A DNA stretch of 64,000 bases. It comes from Azolla caroliniana. Its lineage: Eukaryota; Plantae; Polypodiophyta. Positions 54,601 to 64,000 of this stretch are shown in pieces. Made by a program: the position numbers and the translations under genes. The notes under the pieces were generated by a model. The model was not told the DNA's origin and made no database searches. It saw only the letters and a list, made by a program, of their open reading frames with translations. The stretch lies in assembly GCA_043228905.1 (NCBI GenBank), contig JBHGNT010000005.1, positions 5,766,001 to 5,830,000 on the forward strand, written 5' to 3'. How positions within the stretch are numbered: the stretch's first letter is position 1; each line of letters begins with the position of its first letter.

Positions 54601-57600
54601 CTGTAGCATGCTCGCACCAGCGTCTTCACAATCGGCTCGTGCCCGCGCTCGACCTTCCTGTTGGCTTCCAGATTGTACGTTGTGCTGAGTGAAATCTTGA
54701 CCCCTAGCCTGTCGAACAACTTCTCAGCTTCTAGCGCTTCCAGCTCCCCTTGGTCGGCCACAATCTTACCCACACACCCGTACCAGCAAATCACATATTC
54801 GATCAGGAACCGGCATACGGTTGCGGTCTTCTTGTTCGCTATGGCTCGACCTTCCTCCTGGTTCGTCAGTTCTTCTCTCGCGAGCACCAGGTACTGCATT
54901 TGTCCCACCCCATCAGCATCGTCACTAAATCGACCATCCACTTGAAGTGAATGGTTGGCAGTTAGGTCGGGTGCAGCTTGTCGCGGTGTCGAATACTGGA
55001 ATGCATCCGACAGCTTTCGCATGTCGTCCGGAAATGATGCGCGTCGCGATACATCCCTAGCCATCAATGCTTCTCCTTCAATTTCTTGAATGTGGCCCAT
55101 GTTCCTTGGTCTCCAAACCATGGGCTTTCGTGAAATTCCGATAGGAGCACCGCTTGCTCCTCTTTCTTGAAGGATGTTGCGGTATTCCTTGTGGATGTGT
55201 TGAAACAGGGCAGGACCATGGCATCTTGGGCCAAAGAACCGGTAGGAGTAGGAAGGTCTTTTGGATATATTCACCGGATCGGTTGACGGTCACATACCCG
55301 GTTTGGATCGGTTCCTGGAAGCCGGATAGTGAGTGCGCAGGATCAGAGATATGTTCCGTTCCGAACCGGTCGTTGGATAACGAGCAACAAGCACGCGGGC
55401 TTGGGACTTGGGTAAACACGAGCTAATGGACGGAGGTGCGTACGCAACACATAGAGAGCAATCGGATACAATGAAACGAAATAGATTATGCAAAGAGTAC
55501 AACCGGACCTTGGCTGGTCACAAAGCCACGCTGTCGCAGAAATCCACGCGTACGTGTCGGATCAAGCGGGACCACCAGGGTCACGAATCAGGGAGAGATG
55601 GATACCAGAAGGCCGTTTTCTCAGGGGCTTGTTACACCGGCTGTGGCACCCATCAGGACGATCCCGGATGCGAGCCGAAAGCAACCGAACCAGACATATC
55701 CGAAAGAGTAGAAATCACGTGGCCCGACCAGGACCCAGTATATACAAGACAACAAGTCTCCGGACTGAAAGGGGAGACACGCCACGACTCAGAACGACTC
55801 AATGCACACACACACACATCACAAGCGCGTCCGGACAGAACGAAAACCCAAAGACACCGACACAGACATATGCACACTGAAGTTTTCTCATATGTATTTA
55901 CAAGGGACACAAGTTACAATGCCGGTTTCAAGCCAGTTCAATACCAAACAAATACAACGACCATCCACAGGCAAGCTCCAGTGGGGCAGTAGTTGGGCTT
56001 GCCTACGCGACTGGAAGCCTAGCACTGAGAACAGGTCTTCTTACGGAAGCACAACAGTTGTCTACCGCCAAATAGCCAGTCAGTGAGCACTCGGGCTTGT
56101 CTACACGAGTGGGGGCTTGCACAGGAGATAGAGCTAAGAACGGAAACCCTCATAGCACAGGAACTCAGAACCACGCAACCCTAACAAAACCCTAGTATAC
56201 GAAACTAACAAGACTTCACTCAAAAAGAGAAAACCCAACCCACATGACGAAGAAGAGGAAGACCTAAATGACACCCTAAAAGAAAGTAAGAAGAAGAGAA
56301 AGACTACCATACCTTAGATCTAACAATATATACCCTCCTAACTCAAAATGGGCAACCCCTTCACAAGAGACCCCTCCCTCCTTTTATAGTCCAAGGAGGG
56401 AAGGACATTACAATGTGGGATAAATATCCCCTATTATATTATTTACATTTCCTAATGTACATGTGCACATGTTGCACATCGACGACTTTGCCCATTCCAT
56501 CCGGTTTTCTCACTATAGTCGGAAATCTTCACGACAACGCGCTCTTGAAACACACGCACACACCGAAACTCAAGATACTAAACCTTTGGTCGGAAGCTCA
56601 CGGGCTTCCTGCGCAAGCAGAGGCTTCACCTTCTTCTTGGAGTCAGTACAGAGCACAAGACAGAGAGAGAGGAGAGAGAGCTCAGCACTCAAACCGACAT
56701 CTCTTCGTCCTCCTCCCCGTTGAACCCAAAAACAGTCTCAAACCTCCCCTTTTGTAGAACAAGGGGGAGGTTGTTACATCACCCATAAAGACACTCGCTT
56801 CCGGGTAGAGATTTCCCTCGATTCCCTCCATCAGATATTATTATTATTATCTATGTGTGTGGCCTTAAAGTACCTATCGAACCATTCCTACCTAGTATTC
56901 CTCAATACTTAACTAATACCAACTTATTTACACATGATTGTACAAAAGACATTTCGTGTGCATCAATGCACCTCCCCGTTCACGCTCATCCGGCCCCTCT
57001 CCTCCTTGTAGCCGGAATTTCCCACGACAATGCGTGGATGATTATTGATTATTATAATCTAATGTATAAAGAGTACACTCATAAATGTTAAGAAGGGATA
57101 AAGTTGTAACGTGGAAAGGTATATGTGATGTATTCTAGTGAATTTGTAGTAATAGAGTAATGAATTTTGGTGAGTGGCTAAATGCATCTACATAGCAGTT
57201 TTCTTATTAGGTTAGATAAGCCAACAAACATATTTGGCTTCTATAGTTACCCTCCTCTCATATTTGAAATCATTTGATCCTACCACATGAACCCTTGTCA
57301 TCACTTATCAGTGGGGTATCCATTCCTTCTCTTTGATTTCATCAATGTTATCATGATTTCTACTCTATGTGACAAGTGCAAATTACCCCCTAAATGTGGG
57401 CCATGAGAGATTCATGCATTTATAATTAGGAAATGTAGATGGGCTAGCAATAGGAACCGTAGAAAGTAATATCATGTCATTTCATCACTCCAGCATTGAG
57501 TTGTATTTGTATCTACTTGGTAGAGAATCACATACAGAAATGCGGTGTTAATTCTTCACTACACCATGTAGTTGTATTTGTATCTACTTGTTAGGAACGC

Positions 57601-60600
57601 ATGAGCACCTCTTGTATCAAAACTTTTACAATCACGCATCAGCACTTCGCCAATATGATATTAATATGTTTGCATTTTATTCTTAGCTATGTTGAATGCT
57701 CAAACCATTGCATCAAAACTATTAGCATAGAATGGGTGAACTCCAAATACCCTATTTGCAATTGTCAAGGACACGATTGATTGTGTCCTAACAAATTCAA
57801 ACATACTATAAAAAAGTGAGATGCTTGAAAATTTCAGGATCAAATTTATATATGGAATGAAACTAAAATAATAAAAAACTAGAGAATTACTTGGCCTCAT
57901 AAAGGATGGTGGAAATTGAGAAAGTTGATGTTTTTGGAACAAGGATAAAGCATCTTTAAGGCTAGATGCAAGAAGATGTAAAGCTAAGATCGTGGCCAAA
58001 ATGGTTGCAAAATGTGATGGCTTCGTCATAGCATTGACCATTGAGCTAAGTCATTCTCGAATTTCATTTCAGGAGTTAAGTTTGTTACTTCAAGAGGAAT
58101 AGTTGCTAGATGGCGTAGGGAGAAACGTAAAGGTTTTAGGGGAAGATGCACAAATGTGGTAAAGAGGCACATATGGCTTAAGATTTCAACAAGGCATCTC
58201 CACACTAGGTCCATGATGAGAGAGTGAAGTTGTGGTTAATGTGGGAGGAAATGAATATTGTTGGGTTTCTAGGTAGAAATAAGCAACAAGACAACTATAG
58301 TATGGGTTCGCAAAACCAAAATATTCAACAAAATTATTGAAACTTCCAAACCTGGAAACCATACAAGTCGAATCCGTTTAAGAAAATCCATAAACCTAAA
58401 TTGTTTGAAACCAATTATCATTTAAATTGGTAACCTTCGTGCATATTAAACCGTTAATGAGATTCTCAAATATAACCAATTAACCTATTTAGCTAATAAT
58501 TTGTAGCAAACATAAAATAGAAATGATCAATTTTAAAACATGGATATAGAATTTGTAGCAAACCTTCAATAAAAATGATCAATTTTCATATTTAAAACAT
58601 GATCAATGATCAATTTTAAATATGAGACGTAAGTTGACAAAGTTAATAAACCATGAGTAGTTCTAGCTCATCAAGTAGGAGTAATTACTTGTGATCTTGT
58701 TTCTTGTAACATATATTCACTTAATCAATAACACATCCAAATGGATTTCAGTCTTGTTTTCAAAGGTCAATGTGGCCTATGGGATCAAATGTGACACTTT
58801 CATGTAATAATGTGGAGTTGGGTAGTGATGCCAAATGTTTGAAATTTAACTAATGAACTTTGTAAATGAGGTAATGCACATTGTGAGTATATGAGAATTG
58901 TGTGTTAGAATAGGGTTGGATTAAAATTTTGAGGAAAGCAAACTTAAATGTGACCAAAGGTGGAGTACAATAATGATGTTTATCATGTATGGTATGTATG
59001 GTATGGGTACCTTACGTAAAGAGTTCCATCAAAGCTAAGGGTGCCATATATACCTAAGGAAAATAGAGTCTTGAGACATTGAAATAAGACAATATTTGAC
59101 ATGGCTCGATGTACATTTGATTTTTTCTTGGCCAAATTGGCGAATATTGGGGTCTACTTACTCAAATGAAGTCTCACATTGGTCATCGACAAGATGATTT
59201 CACTGGAGGCATCAAGTAAGAAACCTTATCCGTGCCTCTAGGTGCGCTTGTTTGCATATGTTATTTGTATAATATCAAACAAATTTGGATGACAAGAGTA
59301 GTTGATGCATCTTTGTTGAATATGGTCATGTCTTAATTATTACATTGTTAAGATCCTCTTGGTACAAAGAATATACTCAATTGAGATGTGGAATTTGATG
59401 TTCCAAATACCTCCGATGGGAGATAGGTATATAAATAGATTGTATTATCATTTTCAAGGCCAAGTATGATGTATGGGACTAGATTTGGCACTTCCCTATA
59501 GTTAGAGACCACATCTATGACTATGAGAGAACTATATGTTGCAATAAGATTGGATTGATAACTTATTAATACAATCTCTCGTTAGGTACAATATATAGCT
59601 TATTGATAGGGTTTATAATTGTGTTAATGACATATCTAACACATGTATCATATATATTTAACATATCGATATGGGTTAAATAAATTATACTCTTTTTATT
59701 TGTTAAATACTTCAAAAATACCTAAAGTATGCACTAGTTGTATGTTGAACACAATCTCCCATTTTTCTAAAAGAATGTCACAAACTTAAATAATTGCAAT
59801 CATAATTGCCCAACCTTTTTAAACAATAGATCATATTATATTTCTTGAAGTTTATTTAATGCATAAATGCATCACTTTAGGAAAAACATTTAAGATTTAT
59901 GATGAAACATACAAAAAATCAAGAAAACAAACAATTAGATTGAATTCACTCTTGGTAGCAATGAACAAGTCAATTAGTGTGGAAATCTCAAAACAAAACA
60001 ATTTAACAAGAAAAAGTTAAATTCACACTGAATCCTAGAAACCATTCAAGAAATCCTCAAACTCTAAACAATTTAAACCTTCCAAACAAACCACTTATAA
60101 GAGCTTCAAATAAAATTGTTTAAAACCAAATCATTTTACTTGTTCTGCAAACAACTTGGAGCAAACATAAAGTTGAAATAATCAAAGGTAGTGAAAATAA
60201 AATATATGAACCATGAGTCATCAAAGGTAATAAACGACTTGGAGCAAACATAAAGTTGAAATAATCAAAGGTAGTGAAAATAAAATATATGAACCATGAG
60301 TCATCAAAGGTAATAAACGATCAGTACATTAAATATTTTATGTCATTGTATAAAAATAGTCTCAACTAAAATTGTTTCAATTAGATTGAATCTATATGCC
60401 CCAAATTGCAATGTAAGTATATGAGAAAGCTCATGGTTCTATAAGTGAAAATAATTAGTGTAATGTAATGATTAATATTAAAACAAATTTTTGTTTAATT
60501 GCAGGGAGGCAATCGAGGAGTTTAGCAATGAAGTCATACATGTGTGGAGGAGGCTGATGAGAGCATTAGGGGAGAGTCTTGGAATATCAAGTTTAGAGCA

Positions 60601-61448
60601 AACATTTGGCGAGTTGGATATGGGTTTGGCAATGAACTATTACCCAGTTTGTCCTCAACCAGATCTAACTTTGGGTTTATCATCACATTCAGATGTAGGC
60701 GGCATCACTGTCCTCCTACAAGATGAGCATGTTTCTGGCCTTCAAGTGAAGACACCTATGGACACATGGATGACAGTCCAACCAATAAAAAATGCTCTTC
60801 TTATTAACCTTGGTGATCAACTTGAGGTACATTAAGCACTTAAGTATCTAAAACCTAAATTGAATCACTATATTATAGGAAGTGGTAGGAGAAATTTTTA
60901 TATACATAGAAATATAAATAACAAGTTGAAATACTACAAATATAACTTACTAGATTAAAAGTAGAGTCTATTTTATTGAATAAACATATTTTGGCATAAA
61001 TTTTTTGAGCATTTTGGTGTCTTCCAAAGGTTATAATTGAGATTAACTTATTTGAATAAATATAAAAATAACAAATTCAATTAACACAAATATAACTCAA
61101 TAAAGTAAAAGTAGTTTATTTTATCAAATAAACATATGTTGGCATCATGTTTTGGGCATTACAATGAAGTATACTCACACTAATGCATGTTTATTACTTA
61201 TGTAGATCCTCACAAATGGGTTATATAAAAGTGTCGAGCATCGAGTGCTTGTAAATAGTGTTTCTCCTAGATTATCATTGGGATGTTTCATGAATCCGAG
61301 TAATGATGTAGTGGTGGCACCTTTGCAAGAACTTGTAGGGGATGAAAACCCTCCAAACTATGAACCCATGACATTTAAGCAATACAGGTCCATGATCAGG
61401 AGAACCGGAGTAAATGGAAAATCTTACATCAAATCAAGAGCTGCATAG
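47667..61448 (+). CDS. 2-oxoglutarate/Fe(II)-dependent dioxygenase, DOXC class (JOX/JAO- or ANS/FLS-like), 367 aa, 3 exons
   Basis: Exons 47667-48205, 60505-60826 and 61206-61448 join in phase with GT-AG introns. DIOX_N ACSAWGAFQLVNHGI..EGYGS..DWRD; NYYPVCPQPDLTLGLSSHSD (HxD); YKSVEHRV (distal His); RLS (RxS). Confidence 0.9.
50620..54596 (-). mobile_element. Element E: 3'-truncated, decayed relative of D
   Basis: 5' LTR 53863-54596 (TGTCA..CGACA on +) flanked by CCGT; tRNA-Trp PBS at 53841-53858 (1 mismatch); gag MELEENDFAQ..RFNGD..EAYNAEM from 53825 with a frameshift; tail homologous to D. No 3' LTR seen. Confidence 0.85.
54597..57029 (-). mobile_element. Element H: internally deleted B-family Gypsy (5' LTR ending at 57029 plus integrase fragment 54597-~55190)
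   Basis: Integrase QYLVLAREELTN..WYGCVGKIVADQGE..KVERGHEPIVK; the LTR ends CCACGACA and shares ttcgtcctcc..tttgtag..aagg.ggagg with the B LTR. Inner LTR boundary is uncertain. Confidence 0.7.
55532..56536 (-). mobile_element. Element G: solo LTR of the D/E family inserted in the LTR of H
   Basis: TGTCG..CGACA ends; 4-bp TSD ACGC on both sides; its reverse complement begins tgtcgtgaagattt..gatgtgcaacatgtgcacatgta like the D LTR. Confidence 0.88.
60154..60320. repeat. Perfect 83-bp tandem duplication
   Basis: acttggagcaaacataaagttg... at 60154 and 60237. Confidence 0.92.
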
Positions 61449-62816
61449 AATTTTGAATTCATGTTGTAATAATGCAATGATGGTACCCTCCAATGTCATA
61501 GGAACTTGTAGAGTAGGAAAACCCTCCAAACTACCCATGAACAACATGCAAGCATACATGTCCTTGGTCAAGACAAAATTAGTGAATGTGAGATCGTAGA
61601 AATCCAATTACTAGGGTATTCCTTGTTGCGTGTGTTAGATGAATATGATTTTAGGAAATTGTCAAAACATGCTAATAAGCTAGAGGTAGAAGATGAAACT
61701 AAGATTGTGTTTGTTGAAAACAAAGAAAAGTTTGGTAAAAAATTGTGACATGCAAACACTTCCAAAAAACATGGGCATAACATCATGTTTTTCATGACAA
61801 TACGCTCAACGTTAAACGCAATGTTTCATTGTCTCACTAAACTCTATGTTATGTGATGCAATTTTCGTGACACTAGACAACGATGTCAATGTTGCATTTT
61901 GAAAGAAGACAACCATGCAAGTGGCCAACTAGTGAATATGGTGGTCAGCTTGGAAGGATGTTGGTCCGAAATGGATGGTGTAATTCATCCAAGCACATTG
62001 AGATGCACCATGGCCACATCCTCAAATAGACTGTAGAAAACGATGGGGATATTCAACTTGACAACTAAATGAGTCATGTGATGATGGATATCTAGGCCAA
62101 GAACCTTCTCAAGGACATAAAAAGGAGGGGGGGGGGGGGGGGGGGGGGGGGCTACATCCACCAAGCTTGAGGAGAATGAAGAAAATATAATCCTTTTGTT
62201 ATATAGGTGATCCATGACATAATTCACATTCAAGTGCCATGTTGGGATGACAAGATCAACCACACCTTATTTTGGGTATTCAAGTTGATGTTTACCGTAT
62301 TGGGATGATGTTAGTAAGGACCAGTGTCAACCATTTCTCATCTTACTAATTAAATACTAACGGCTTCTATAAACTACTCAAGAGTCACCTCAATTTAAGT
62401 ACTTGTTCTAATGCCCAAGATTCACCAATGTCATAAAGCATATTGAAGTTCTAATGTGTCGATTCATTGAAGTTTAGTAGACCTACTTCTATGAGTTTTC
62501 TAAGTATGAAAACTTGTTGAAATCGATATCTCATTATTGTGGCTCGTTTGAAATTTAGTGCATGTCACCTAAACAAGAAATATTCATATGTCCATGATAA
62601 AAAGTACTTGGATTGACATTTTCAAGCTCATGACTATACTGAAACCAATAGTAAGCAAGAACCTCATCAACCATTGAGATATCAACTAAACACGAACAAA
62701 ATCAAAGGACACGGTCAATCAAAGGGATACAATAAACACAATACCTAACCTTCTCCAATGCAAGATGATGAGCAACACGATGATTAATTGTACAACCTTC
62801 ACTCATTGGTGGTCAT

Positions 62817-64000
62817 GTGAAAGAATTCCTTTGCTTTCATATAATCGTCTCTCCTTCAATTGGAGTTCAACCAATTTTGCATTGTTTCTTAGTTGTCTTT
62901 GCCATAAGTTTTTTGGCTTTGGTTGGTTGACCGATATTGGTTAAGTGGAGTGCTATATATCACTTGTATGCTCGACTTCTACAACTTTCTGCTCATAGGT
63001 GTTGGCATAAAAGGCCGACTCCTTCCACTTTGTATCTTAGTGTGAACATGTCTAAATAGTTAGTCCTTAGTAGATAAGCTCTAACCTAACATTGTAATGA
63101 TAACCTTCTTGTATCTTGAGTCTTTGAGAGTGTAAGAGTTATAGAATAACGAGAGCTTCCATTAGAGCTTGAACAATGTCTACAGTTCCATCATTTTCTT
63201 TTGTCACACTCTCTGTGTTGTTTGTTGTGCACATAACAGACAAGTCCCCACATACTTCCGCATACATCTAGAACACAATATCCATCAACTGGTATAAGAG
63301 CGACTTGTTGTTCAGCGGCAACAAAAACATCAAAGACAACTGAAAGAAAAGACCAGATCAGTAAAAATCTCACTTTCAAAACAGAACATGGCTTCAACAT
63401 CCGGTACAAAGAGTTGAAATCCGAAAGTTCGATGACAAAAACTTTGCCTTGTGGAAGGAGGTGTTGCAGGATGTGTTGATCATCAGAAGACAGGTCGAAG
63501 CCATTCGACACAGTGAAAAATATGCTTCGATGATAGGCGAAGAGTGGAGATCCATAGACGAAATAGCGTGCCCACCATCTGAATGCATCTGGTAAAAAAT
63601 GTCTACTTCAACATGGCCAAGGAGATGACAACATTCTCGTTATGGGAGAAGCTTTCGGCTGTGTACGAAAAGATATCCTCATATTCGAAATTGATACTAG
63701 TCAGACAACTATTCAACAATGAGAGAAACTAATCCAACCACCTCCCACATCAACACCTTCAGTCGGGTGTTGTCTTACCTCTCCTCCCAAGGGATTCACT
63801 TCAAAGAAGAAGTTAAAGCCCTTGCCCTCGTATCGAGCTTGCCCGCGAGTTGGATGTGTTCTGCACGACCTTCGCCAATAGCAGCCCTAGGCTGAACTTG
63901 GATGAAACAATCGGCCAAATCCTCATTGAGGATATTCCGCGAAATTTGATAGGATTCACCGTCAACGAGTCGGCAGAAGCCCATCACGCGACCGAGTTGG
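62817..64000 (+). mobile_element. 5' end of a Ty1/Copia (Tnt1/Tork-like) element, running off the window
   Basis: LTR ends ..TCCATCA at 63287; PBS TGGTATAAGAGC at 63290-63301; gag from ATG 63388 reads VEIRKFDDKNFALWKE..LWEKLSAVYEK..KLILVRQLF..LALVSSLPASW, with frameshifts. LTR start is uncertain. Confidence 0.8.

Overview
AT-rich land-plant nuclear DNA, probably from a fern or other seed-free plant (inferred from long introns, abundant (GA)n tracts and the retroelement lineages; not proven). Three host genes lie on the + strand and can be spliced by hand with GT-AG introns: GPAT9 (833-6674, first exon outside the window or in the N gap), a 213-aa cytosolic-type DHAR (9789-12308) and a 367-aa DOXC 2-oxoglutarate/Fe(II) dioxygenase (47667-61448) with a 12.3-kb first intron. 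Between DHAR and the dioxygenase is a 22-kb nest of LTR retrotransposons: Gypsy A (16701-39075) contains Gypsy B, which in turn contains Copia C, the gag-only element D and solo LTR F. A second nest of the B/D family (E, G, H) sits in the dioxygenase intron. The most notable observations are: (1) a GC-rich Gypsy family with TGTC..GACA ends and tRNA-Trp priming whose 4-bp target sites are CpG-centred and which nests in its own kind; (2) its non-autonomous satellite with an intact 1066-aa Gag-plus-disordered-tail ORF; (3) a 630-bp inverted duplication that turns element A into a potential hairpin source. All identity figures are by-eye counts.
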